Shown here: positions 9,199 through 18,046 of the stretch, one piece after another
How positions within the stretch are numbered: position 1 is the stretch's first letter
Layout of the letters: every line of letters starts with the position of its first letter
Assembly (NCBI GenBank): GCA_964591805.1
Contig: CAZQDD010000008.1
Coordinates: 27,667 to 91,666 of the forward strand
Reading direction: 5' to 3'
Origin: an uncultured Acidobacteriaceae bacterium
GTDB lineage: Bacteria > Acidobacteriota > Terriglobia > Terriglobales > Acidobacteriaceae
Length of the DNA stretch: 64,000 nt
Made by a program: the position numbers and the translations under genes
The notes under the pieces: model-generated
The model's database searches: none
What the model was told of the DNA's origin: nothing
What the model saw: only the letters and a program-made list of their open reading frames with translations

Positions 9199-9283
9199 CC
9201 TGTCTTTCAGTTCGGGCACCGCGTCATTATCGTTTAAGGTAATATCTCGCAGATAATCATCAACAAGATTATCGGTACCATTC

Positions 9284-9318
9284 AGTCAATCCTTTGCCAC
9301 TTCGCCAAAGGATTGACT
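9284..9318 (+). terminator. Perfect 13-bp hairpin, possibly a terminator for the protease gene
   Basis: agtcaatcctttg (9284-9296), a 9-nt loop, then caaaggattgact (9306-9318), followed by ctttgtgt. It lies 85 nt after the stop inside an AT-rich spacer. The T-tract is weak. Confidence 0.4.
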
Positions 9319-9496
9319 CTTTGTGTAAATTCCGCTTTCCAACGATTAACCCGGACGATAATGGTTCGATGACCTGGAAAGCATTCGCCGCCGCTGTCTG
9401 CGTCTCCCTCACGTCACCGGACAGCTACGGCCACCGTGCAACCTCGCGTAAGATCTCCGCGTAAGTTAGACTAGCCATCGGTGTTCTGGAGAGTTC

Positions 9497-10093
9497 ATGT
9501 TACTTCCCCACGAGTCGTTGATTACTGCCCGCATTACCGATCACCTCGCCCTCATGGCTTCTCTTCTCAAAGATGCTACTTACCTGGCCGCCTTATCCGG
9601 CGCGGCCGTGGCCATGGCTCACGCCTTGCGCGCCGGGAACAAAGTCCTGTTCTTCGGCAACGGAGGCAGCGCCGCCGACGCGCAGCACCTTGCCGCCGAA
9701 CTGACCGGGCGCTTCCTTCTGGAACGCCGCAGCCTGCCAGCCCTGGCGCTTACTACGAACAGTTCCGCCCTCACCGCAATCGGCAATGACTATGGCTTCG
9801 ACGATGTTTTCGCGCGCCCACTCGCCGGACTGGGCGCCGCCGGAGACATTGCCTTCGCCCTGAGTACCAGTGGTAACTCGCCCAACGTACTGCGCGCCGT
9901 TGAGGTCGCTCACGCCAAGCAGATGGTTACCATAGGACTTGGCGGGAGAGCCGGAAAACTGTCCATCCTGGCGCAACATCCTGTCTCGATTCCCTCTGAC
10001 TGCACCCCGCGCATCCAGGAAGCGCACATCCTTACCGGCCATATTCTTTGCGAGATTATCGAACGGGAGTTATTCGACGGCGTCGGACTCTAG
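9497..10093 (+). CDS. gmhA: D-sedoheptulose-7-phosphate isomerase (SIS domain)
   Basis: VLFFGNGGSAADAQHLAAELTGRF, ALTTNSSALTAIGNDYGFDDVF and ALSTSGNSPNV are GmhA/SIS signature blocks. Length is 198 aa. Confidence 0.8.
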   Translation: MLLPHESLITARITDHLALMASLLKDATYLAALSGAAVAMAHALRAGNKVLFFGNGGSAADAQHLAAELTGRFLLERRSLPALALTTNSSALTAIGNDYGFDDVFARPLAGLGAAGDIAFALSTSGNSPNVLRAVEVAHAKQMVTIGLGGRAGKLSILAQHPVSIPSDCTPRIQEAHILTGHILCEIIERELFDGVGL

Positions 10094-10172
10094 CAGCGGG
10101 AGCGGCTTGCTACTTACCACCCGGCATTACTCTTTACTTCTTTACTGAAGAGGTAAGGAAAAAACGCTCGTC

Positions 10173-10628
10173 CTATGTCTGGCGGAACGAGATGTGCTTA
10201 TGGCCGAAAAAGCTGAATACCACGGTGAGAACCGTCAGTAGAGCGCCGGCAATGTATGGAGCTTGTCTATCATAGCCCGAGTAATGTCGGATAATGAAGA
10301 CAACGATGGGCAGCAACGCCATGTTCAACGCGATACTGGTGCTGTAAACGGCTACGCACCGGCACCACTCGCGAAAATAGTTACCCTTGGTCTTGAAGAC
10401 AAACCATTTGTACCCGAGAAAAGAAACCGTAATATTAATCAGCGATGACGGAATGACCGCCAGCAGGTAACTCTGCCGTCCCAGGGGGGCCAGCAAGGCA
10501 GTAAAGAGCGCGAATGTTCCGTACCCAAAGAGAGTATTCCACACTCCGGTGACCAGGTAGCGCAGCAGTTGGCCGGGCGGAACATGTCTGGTCAGTAGCT
10601 GGAGCCAGGATTCGGAAGGTGTGCTCAC
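10173..10628 (-). CDS. GtrA-family membrane protein (putative polyprenyl-phosphate-sugar translocation component)
   Basis: 151 aa with four TM segments. LLRYLVTGVWNTLFGYGTFALF and the C-terminal FVFK/FSFFGHKHISFR pattern are typical of GtrA-like proteins. Confidence 0.7.
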   Translation of the reverse strand: MSTPSESWLQLLTRHVPPGQLLRYLVTGVWNTLFGYGTFALFTALLAPLGRQSYLLAVIPSSLINITVSFLGYKWFVFKTKGNYFREWCRCVAVYSTSIALNMALLPIVVFIIRHYSGYDRQAPYIAGALLTVLTVVFSFFGHKHISFRQT

Positions 10629-10631
10629 GTC

Positions 10632-11636
10632 TCAGGCTCCAGCGCTATTTTCTTCGTTGGTTTTCAGCGGCTCGCCGGGACCGAATTCAAAGTTAACCCG
10701 TTCCAGCTCAATTGCAAATGGCCGCTTCTGCACCATGGTGTGGATTGCGCCGATGTACTCGCCGATCATTCCGAGAAAGAGCAGGTGAATGGATGCAAGG
10801 AAAAAGAATCCGATCAGGATCGGCGCGACGCCAAGGGAAAAGCTTCTCCAATACAAAAGTTTGTACGCAAGGTAGACAAACGAAGTAAGTACCGAGAGAA
10901 CCGCGCCTCCAAATCCGGCAAAGACCGCCAGCCGCAGCGGCACCTTGGAGAGATTTGTAATCCCCAGCATTGCCATATCGTACAAGGTATAGAAGTTGTT
11001 TGCCGTCACTCCGTGCTTGCGTACCGGCTGGTGATAGGGTAACTCCACCCGCGGAAATCCAAGTTCGGCGATGATGCCACGGAAGTAAGGGTATGGGTCA
11101 TCGAGCGATTTGATTAGATCGGCCACCTTGCGGTCGTAGAGACCAAAGCCGGTAAAGTTCTCATAAGTCTCTATTCCGGAGAGCCGGTTCACCAGGCGGT
11201 AGTAACGCTTGCGAATCCAGAACATCAGGCTGCTCTCTTCGCTGGCGACCTTGACGCAGATGACCACCGGCGTACCGGCCTCCCAGTGCCGCACCATATC
11301 CACAATCATCTCGGGCGGATCCTGCAAATCGGCGACAATACCGATCACCGCGTCGCCCGTGGTCTGGTGGAATGCGTGCATGGGTGAGCGGATATGGCCA
11401 AAGTTACGCGTGTTGCGGATGACCTTGACATTCCTGTCCGCCGCCGCAATCGCTTTCAGTACGCCCAAGGTGTTATCCGTGGAAGCGTTGTCGATAAAGA
11501 TGTGCTCGTAGCGGTAGTTACCAAGTGAGGCGACGGCCGCCCTCACGCGTTCGTACAATTCGCGCACGTTTAACTCTTCGTTGTAGCATGGCGTAATAAT
11601 GCTAAGGGTCTTCAATGATTCACTCCGAGTCATCAA
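10632..11636 (-). CDS. GT2 polyprenyl-phosphate glycosyltransferase (GtrB/ArnC/DPM1-like)
   Basis: LSIITPCYNEELNV, IFIDNASTDNT and the DLQDPPE motif of the GT-A fold are present, plus two C-terminal TM helices as in GtrB/ArnC. Its start overlaps the 3' end of the upstream SDR gene. Confidence 0.75.
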   Translation of the reverse strand: MMTRSESLKTLSIITPCYNEELNVRELYERVRAAVASLGNYRYEHIFIDNASTDNTLGVLKAIAAADRNVKVIRNTRNFGHIRSPMHAFHQTTGDAVIGIVADLQDPPEMIVDMVRHWEAGTPVVICVKVASEESSLMFWIRKRYYRLVNRLSGIETYENFTGFGLYDRKVADLIKSLDDPYPYFRGIIAELGFPRVELPYHQPVRKHGVTANNFYTLYDMAMLGITNLSKVPLRLAVFAGFGGAVLSVLTSFVYLAYKLLYWRSFSLGVAPILIGFFFLASIHLLFLGMIGEYIGAIHTMVQKRPFAIELERVNFEFGPGEPLKTNEENSAGA

Positions 11637-12504
11637 ACGTTAGTTGTTCCACGCCGAACTGATCCGCGTGTGCTTCATACCACTGGTAAAGTTCCCGGAT
11701 GCAGGCATTCATCTGGCGCATGCAGGAGCCGCCAATCTCGCTCAACATGCGGGTGTTATCCCCGCTGTACTCCGGACCCATCGCCGGGTTACGCACGATG
11801 ATATCCGGATTGCGGCCCGACGCGGCGGCTACCATTCCCGCCAGTTCCAGCAGCGGAAAAGCTTCTCCTCGGCATACGTTATAAACTTTGTGCCGCGGAT
11901 CGTGTTCAAGGAACCATGCCAGTAACTCCGCAAGCTCGGAAACATAAAGATAGTCGAAGCGGACATCCTGCCGGATCACGATCGGCAGACCCTTCACTAC
12001 GCGCGCGCAGGCGTTTGAAATAAAGCGCACGTCCCATGCTTCGTACTTCCCAAATACTCCGAACAGGCGCAGCACGTAGAGATTGTCCGTAGTCTGGGCA
12101 TGTTTGCTGCAGAGATACTTCGAGAACCCGTACGCATCGGTTGGAATATAAGTGTCGAAGTAATCTTCGCTTACTCTGGCTGGCAGTCCGGCGCGGCAGT
12201 ACTCCGCGCCGGAGCCCAGGTGCAGCATCTTTCCGTACAAAGACCGGTCGAGCGCCAGGTTGAAGAACATCCGGCAGTTGCGGTCGAGCAGGTCGGGCGC
12301 AGCGCCCATGCGGCGGTTGGAGCGTGTGGTTGCCGTGTGCAGAATCACGTCGAACTGCCCCGCGCGCAGAAACTCGCGCACCGAGTTCTGGTCAAGCAGG
12401 TTCAGTTGCGCTGAAGTCGGCGCGACCATGGTGTAACGAGAGCCGAGCGATTCCAGCAGGTTCCGGCCAATGAAACCCGAGCCGCCAGTGAGCAATACTT
12501 TCAC
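11620..12504 (-). CDS. NAD-dependent epimerase/dehydratase (extended SDR)
   Basis: MKVLLTGGSGFIGRNL is a Rossmann GxxGxxG motif, and YGFSK is the catalytic YxxxK. Confidence 0.8.
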   Translation of the reverse strand: MKVLLTGGSGFIGRNLLESLGSRYTMVAPTSAQLNLLDQNSVREFLRAGQFDVILHTATTRSNRRMGAAPDLLDRNCRMFFNLALDRSLYGKMLHLGSGAEYCRAGLPARVSEDYFDTYIPTDAYGFSKYLCSKHAQTTDNLYVLRLFGVFGKYEAWDVRFISNACARVVKGLPIVIRQDVRFDYLYVSELAELLAWFLEHDPRHKVYNVCRGEAFPLLELAGMVAAASGRNPDIIVRNPAMGPEYSGDNTRMLSEIGGSCMRQMNACIRELYQWYEAHADQFGVEQLTFDDSE

Positions 12505-12596
12505 GCCGCCACCAGGCTGAACCGGGAAACCCTGGTCGAGCGTGCCGCATGGCTTCCCGTGGTTTTGCTGTCATCGCCGTGTTTCGATGCCATGGG

Positions 12597-14411
12597 TCAC
12601 TCCGGTAGTGGCGGAACAATCATGTTGGCGGCGAACTCGTCGCGGTCCAGGAACGGCCAGAGGTCTTCGAGCGGTTTGGAAACAAATGATCCGTCGGCGC
12701 GTTGCACCGACGAAAGACGCGGCGCGCGCAATTCATCGGGAATTACCTTCACATCGCAAATCACCGGGCCAGGCATCTCCAGAACCGCGCGCACCGAGGC
12801 ATGCAGATCGGACTGGTCCTCGATTGACACCGCCTTGATTCCGTAAGAGTGCGCAATCTTGAGCAGATCCGGAATTGTGATTCCGGTTTCCTCGCTGCAT
12901 CCGATGTTTGGTGCGCCAAAGAAATTTGTCTGCGAAGCGCGGATGGAGGCGTAGCCATTATTATTCAATACGAAAAACTTGATCGGAAGGCCGAGGTGCG
13001 CAACCGTGGCCAACTCCTGAATGTTCAACTGAAAGCCGCCGTCGCCGTCAACGCAAACCGTGCGCCGGCCTCCGCTGGCGATGCAGACGCCGATGCTGGC
13101 GGCGATGCCATAGCCCATGGCTCCCAGTCCCGCCGTATGGAAGGCGCGCTGGCCTTTACGCACCGGAAAAGCAAAGAGAAAAATTTCAATGCCACTGCCG
13201 GAACTGCCGGAAACAATGCAGTCCAGCGGCGAGGTTTCCGCGGCGATCACTTCGGCGAGATGAAAGATGCTGACGCGGCCACTGGAACGGCGATGCTCGG
13301 CGGTAATCAGGGGATACTTCGTCCTCCAATCCTGGCAGCGCTTCAGCCAGCCCTGGCGGTCGCGGCTGGCAATGTCACTGCGTTGCGCGAGTAATTCGTC
13401 GAGGAAAGCCTTGGCGTCCGCCTGCACCGGCATCTGCACGGTGCCGCCCAACTTCGCCAACTCGGCGGCATCAATATCGACCATCACCTTGAAGGCTCCC
13501 CGCGCCAGGTTCTCCGGGGAATAGCCCACAATAGGCAGGTCCATGCGCGCGCCAATCGCCAGGAGGAAGTCACAATTCTGCAGAACAAAGTTTGCCCCGC
13601 GCGCGGCCAGGGTTCCGGGCCGTCCGGCGAACAGGGGATCGTCTTCGCCCACCATGTCCATGGCCACCCAGGTGGTCTCAACGGGAAGCTGAAGAAGGCG
13701 GATGGTTTCTTCCAGTTGCGGCTGGGCACCCGCCAAACGCACGCCATTGCCGATCATCAGCAGGGGACGTTCGGCTTTGTTCAGCTCTCCGATGATCTGC
13801 TGAACCTGTCGTGAGAGCGCATCGTGCACAGACAAGGATGCGGGCTGGGGCTGGAAGCCGGGGAGCGAACGCTCGTCAATCTGGGCGCCTTGCACGTCGA
13901 TTGGAATGTCGATCCACACCGGTCCAGGCCGCCCGGTGCGCGCCAGATGCACGGCCTTTTCCAGGTGGTAGCGGATACTGGTGGGATCGACGATGGTGAC
14001 CGCGTACTTGGACAGCGGCTCCACGATGGAGACGATGTCGATCTCCTGATTCCCCATCTGCCGCACGCCGCGATGTTTTCCGTTGCCGTCATACATGCGA
14101 TCTGGCCGCTTCACCTGTCCGCTGATGAACAGGCAGGGGGTCGAGTCCAGCCATGCTCCGGCCAGCCCGGTGATCGCGTTGGTACCGCCGGGTCCGGTTG
14201 TAACCATGGCCACGCCGAGTTGATTGGTAAACTTGGCGTAATTCTCGGCGGCAATCGCCGATGCCTGCTCGTGCTGATTGCAGACGTAGTGCAATTCCTG
14301 GCAACGGGCCAGCGAATCGTTCAGGTGCATGGCGCCGCCGCCCACCAGCAGGAAGACGTGACCCACTCCCTGCCCGGCAACAAAGCGCATTACATAGTCG
14401 GACAACTTCAT
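12597..14411 (-). CDS. Thiamine-diphosphate-dependent enzyme (acetolactate synthase large-subunit-like)
   Basis: HEQASAIAAENYAK contains the catalytic Glu region. GLGAMGYGIAASIG and GDGGFQLNIQEL...FVLNNNGY form the ThDP-binding GDG...NN motif. I trimmed the start to the ATG at 14411 (MKLSDYVMRF...). Confidence 0.8.
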   Translation of the reverse strand: MKLSDYVMRFVAGQGVGHVFLLVGGGAMHLNDSLARCQELHYVCNQHEQASAIAAENYAKFTNQLGVAMVTTGPGGTNAITGLAGAWLDSTPCLFISGQVKRPDRMYDGNGKHRGVRQMGNQEIDIVSIVEPLSKYAVTIVDPTSIRYHLEKAVHLARTGRPGPVWIDIPIDVQGAQIDERSLPGFQPQPASLSVHDALSRQVQQIIGELNKAERPLLMIGNGVRLAGAQPQLEETIRLLQLPVETTWVAMDMVGEDDPLFAGRPGTLAARGANFVLQNCDFLLAIGARMDLPIVGYSPENLARGAFKVMVDIDAAELAKLGGTVQMPVQADAKAFLDELLAQRSDIASRDRQGWLKRCQDWRTKYPLITAEHRRSSGRVSIFHLAEVIAAETSPLDCIVSGSSGSGIEIFLFAFPVRKGQRAFHTAGLGAMGYGIAASIGVCIASGGRRTVCVDGDGGFQLNIQELATVAHLGLPIKFFVLNNNGYASIRASQTNFFGAPNIGCSEETGITIPDLLKIAHSYGIKAVSIEDQSDLHASVRAVLEMPGPVICDVKVIPDELRAPRLSSVQRADGSFVSKPLEDLWPFLDRDEFAANMIVPPLPE

Positions 14412-14418
14412 GTGCTGG

Positions 14419-14910
14419 CTATCCCTTGTCCGCAATTGTGCGGGAGATGGAATCGGAAAGAATCATTTCGATCAGTTCGCGCACCGCGCCGTTTCCTCCC
14501 TTGGCGGCCGTAACGAAACGGCATTGCTTGCGGATCGCTGGTTGGGCATCGGCCGGGGCGGCGGGCAGGCCCGCGATTGCAAGCGCCGGCAGATCGTTCA
14601 CATCGTCACCCATGAAGCAGATCTGGTCGAGTGAGAGATTGTGCAGCGCGGCGATTCGCCGCAAGGCCGCCGCTTTGTCCTTGCACGCCTTTTCCACATC
14701 GCCGATTTGCATCTTCGCCGCCAGACGGTCGATCAGCGGGCTATCCTCACCGGAGACGAGGGCCAGCAGCAAGCCCGCTTTCCGGGCCCGTGACAGCCCC
14801 ATGATGTCCGCGAAGTGGAAGCGCTTCCACTCTTCGCCGTTCGGCCCCCACCAGAATGAACCGTCGGTGAGTACGCCATCCACATCCATTGCGATCAGCT
14901 TAATTGCCAC
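14419..14910 (-). CDS. HAD-superfamily phosphatase, KdsC / ulosonate-phosphate phosphatase-like
   Basis: IKLIAMDVDGVLTDG is the DxD nucleophile motif, and FMGDDVNDLPAL is motif IV. Size is about 163 aa. The proposed GTG start at 14910 overlaps the end of the NeuB-like gene by 11 nt. The track extension to 15153 is implausible. Confidence 0.7.
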   Translation of the reverse strand: MAIKLIAMDVDGVLTDGSFWWGPNGEEWKRFHFADIMGLSRARKAGLLLALVSGEDSPLIDRLAAKMQIGDVEKACKDKAAALRRIAALHNLSLDQICFMGDDVNDLPALAIAGLPAAPADAQPAIRKQCRFVTAAKGGNGAVRELIEMILSDSISRTIADKG

Positions 14911-15805
14911 TGCCGGCTCCAACACGGCGCAGCTTCTTGAGGATTGGCTGTTCCCGCTCCAGCACGCGCTTGACGCCATCTCCCATGGAGCGCTCGACGA
15001 CCCGGATGTAGCTGACCAGCTTGGTAATTCCGTTCGGCTCCAGCGAAGCTGCCTGGTCCGATCCCCACATGGCGCGATCGGTTGTGATGTGGCGCTCGAC
15101 GATGCAGGCTCCCAATGCGATGGCCGCAACCGAGGAGGGAAGTCCGGACTCATGTCCCGAGTAGCCCACCGGCAACCCGTAGCGTTCCGCCAAGGTGCGG
15201 ATCGCCTGCAGGTTCAGCTCTTCATAATAGGCAGGATAGGTGCTGCAGGCGTGCAGGAGCACCAGGTTTTCCTTGCCCAGAACTTCCACCGCATGGTCGA
15301 TCTCTTTCACCGTGCTCATACCGGTGGAGAGCAGGATCGGCTTGCCGGTTGCCCGGGTGTGGCGAAGCAGGTTGTCATCGGTCAGCGAAGCCGAGGCGAT
15401 CTTGAAACATGGAACATTGAATCGATGGATGAAGTCGACCGAAGGCTCATCCCAGCAGGATGCAAACCACGGAATCTTTACGGCGCGGCAGTATTGATCG
15501 ATGTCGAGGAAATCCTCGTAGTCGAATTCGAGCGCGCGCTTGAGGTCGCCGTTTGTTGTCCCAAAGGGACTTTCACGAGGTTTGGCCAACTCCTCGGCGG
15601 AATACACGATCTCCACGGTGCGCTTCTGGAACTTGACTGCATCGCAGCCCGCGGCCACGGCGATGCTGATTAAACGCTTCGCCAGATCAACGTCGCCGTT
15701 ATGGTTGATTCCAATCTCGGCGATCACATAACAAGGGTGGCCGTTTCCTATCGTCTTCGTCCCAATTTGTACTGGCTGCAATTTGTTCTGCACTGTCTCC
15801 GACAT
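14900..15805 (-). CDS. NeuB-family (N-acylneuraminate / ulosonic acid) synthase, short form
   Basis: IGNGHPCYVIAEIGINHNGDVDLAKRLI..AGCDAVKFQKR is the NeuB/SpsE signature. The ATG at 15805 is preceded by GGAG. At about 301 aa the protein ends where the SAF (antifreeze-like) domain of canonical NeuB would begin. Confidence 0.75.
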   Translation of the reverse strand: MSETVQNKLQPVQIGTKTIGNGHPCYVIAEIGINHNGDVDLAKRLISIAVAAGCDAVKFQKRTVEIVYSAEELAKPRESPFGTTNGDLKRALEFDYEDFLDIDQYCRAVKIPWFASCWDEPSVDFIHRFNVPCFKIASASLTDDNLLRHTRATGKPILLSTGMSTVKEIDHAVEVLGKENLVLLHACSTYPAYYEELNLQAIRTLAERYGLPVGYSGHESGLPSSVAAIALGACIVERHITTDRAMWGSDQAASLEPNGITKLVSYIRVVERSMGDGVKRVLEREQPILKKLRRVGAGSGN

Positions 15806-16297
15806 AATCCGGTCTCCGCCCCGCAGTCTGGTCCAACGATTCGACAACCCGACCCACTATAAACCTGGCAACCCAGTGTGCCTTGAGTCCCGGCTGCAAC
15901 TGGATGTGCAGCCTTGGGTCCGCGTTCCGTAACATTACAACCCTGCAACCTTGTTTCCATCTTACGGCGCTTCGAGCGCGCCTGCCTTCCAAAACTCGAA
16001 AGCCTCGCGCTGCGGAATTCGGCGACCAGGCTTGCGGCCTCCGGCTCTGCCAGACGCGACATCCGCGCGTTGCTGGTAGCCCAATCTGTCGCCAGCGGAT
16101 TCCGTGCCGGGAAACCAGTCGATTATATATCGATTGCCCGGCGCCACTGTTCCGCCGTTTCGTCTGCGATGGCAGCGAAGCCGGTTCGCGGCGCGGCCCT
16201 GGCACCGCTGGCGACGCAAAGCCGCGCTGCCTGGCATGGCCTCCCGGTTTGACCAGCCGCCGTGCTTGGGTTAGCGTTGGAAAATCTCTGGAGGCAC

Positions 16298-18028
16298 ATG
16301 ATCCCCAATCTCTGCCGCGCCGCGATTCTGGTTCTCTGCTGCTGGTTGCCGCTCTGGCCACTGCTTTGGGCCCAGGGATTTCAGCCGGTTCGGGCGCGCC
16401 ACGCCATGGTGGCCAGCGTGCATCCGGCGGCGTCCAGCGTTGGCGCCAGGATCATGCGCGAGGGCGGCAACGCGGTCGATGCCGCGGTCGCCACCGGCTT
16501 TGCGCTGGCCGTGGTGCATCCATCGGCGGGGAATCTGGGCGGCGGCGGATTCATGCTCTACCGCACCGCCAGGGGCGAGACGCACTTTCTCGACTTTCGC
16601 GAGAAGGCTCCCACGGCGGCCACGCGCGATATGTATCTGGACAAGCAGGGAAACGTGACCGGCGAAAGCCAGTTCGGCTATCGCTCGGCAGGCGTGCCCG
16701 GCACGGTCGCCGGCCTGGTGGATGCCGAGCGCCGCTGGGGCAAACTGGGGTTGGCCAAAGTGATGCAACCGGCGATTCGCCTGGCGCGCGAGGGAGCGGC
16801 GGTCACGCAGTACGAAGCAGCGTCGATGCACGACGCCGATCTGGCGCGCGATCCCGAGTCCAGGCGGATCTTCCAGCGCAACGGCCGTTTCTACGAGCAG
16901 GGCGAAGTCCTGAAACAGCCGCAACTGGCACGGACCCTGGAGCGTATTGCGCGTAATCCCAAAGAGTTTTATCACGGAGCGCTGGCCGCCCGGATCGCGG
17001 CGGCAATCGAGCGCGGTGGAGGGTTGATCACCACCGCCGATCTGGCCGGTTACAAGGTCGTCGAGCGCGTGCCCGTGCACGGAACCTATCGCGGTTATGA
17101 CATTTACAGCGCGCCGCCGCCATCCTCGGGAGGCATCGTGCTGATTGAGACGCTCAACATTCTGGAAGGATTCGACCTGCGTGCGGCCGAGCGCAACTCC
17201 GCCCAGCACTTGCACCTGGTGGCCGAGGCGTATCGCCGGGCGTTCTTTGACCGCGCGGTCTTTCTTGGCGATCCGGACTTCGTGGATGTACCCGTCGCGC
17301 AGTTGATCGACAAGAAGTACGCGGCGGAATGGCGCTCCTCGATTGATCCCAACAAGGCTTCGGTGAGTGCCGATCTGCAGCGGCCGAGCATGGGGCAATT
17401 GGATCAATCGGCAGCCTTGCAGGCTCCCTACCTGGGGCCGGAGAAGCAGGACACCACGCACTACTCCATTGTGGACGCGGCCGGCAATGCGGTTGCGGTG
17501 ACGACCACGCTCAACGACTCGTTTGGCTCGCGCGCCACTCTGCCCGGTCTCGGCTTCCTGCTCAACGACGAGATGGACGACTTTGCGTCCAAGGTGGGAG
17601 TGCCCAACATGTACGGATTGCTGCAGGGCGAAGCCAATGCCATTGCTCCCGGCAAGCGTCCGCTCAGTGCGATGACTCCGACCATGGTGGTGAAGGATGG
17701 GCGGTTGCTGCTGGTGCTGGGCTCGCCGGGCGGCCCCACGATCATTACAACCGTTGCCAACGTGCTGACCAACGCGGTAGATTTCGGCGAAGACGTTCAG
17801 CGTGCGGTGAATGCTCCGCGCTTCCATCACCAGTGGATGCCTGACGAGTTGAGGGTCGAGGCGTGGCAAATTTCACCGGACACTCTTGCGCTGCTGCAGA
17901 AGATGGGACACAAGATCAAGCGCACCGGCTCCTGGGGAGATGCCGAGTGCGTGGCCATCGACTGGAAGACCGGCGAGCGGCTGGGCGCCAGCGACGCGCG
18001 CACCGGCGGCAGTGCCGTAGGATGGTAG
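16298..18028 (+). CDS. ggt: Gamma-glutamyltranspeptidase
   Basis: A signal-like N-terminus is followed by GNLGGGGFML, the autoprocessing/catalytic Thr context QDTTHYSIVD, GLGFLLNDEMDDF and GSPGGPTIITTV. The antisense ORF 16271..17869 is an artefact. Confidence 0.9.
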   Translation: MIPNLCRAAILVLCCWLPLWPLLWAQGFQPVRARHAMVASVHPAASSVGARIMREGGNAVDAAVATGFALAVVHPSAGNLGGGGFMLYRTARGETHFLDFREKAPTAATRDMYLDKQGNVTGESQFGYRSAGVPGTVAGLVDAERRWGKLGLAKVMQPAIRLAREGAAVTQYEAASMHDADLARDPESRRIFQRNGRFYEQGEVLKQPQLARTLERIARNPKEFYHGALAARIAAAIERGGGLITTADLAGYKVVERVPVHGTYRGYDIYSAPPPSSGGIVLIETLNILEGFDLRAAERNSAQHLHLVAEAYRRAFFDRAVFLGDPDFVDVPVAQLIDKKYAAEWRSSIDPNKASVSADLQRPSMGQLDQSAALQAPYLGPEKQDTTHYSIVDAAGNAVAVTTTLNDSFGSRATLPGLGFLLNDEMDDFASKVGVPNMYGLLQGEANAIAPGKRPLSAMTPTMVVKDGRLLLVLGSPGGPTIITTVANVLTNAVDFGEDVQRAVNAPRFHHQWMPDELRVEAWQISPDTLALLQKMGHKIKRTGSWGDAECVAIDWKTGERLGASDARTGGSAVGW

Positions 18029-18046
18029 AGAAAGCGGAGAAACCCA

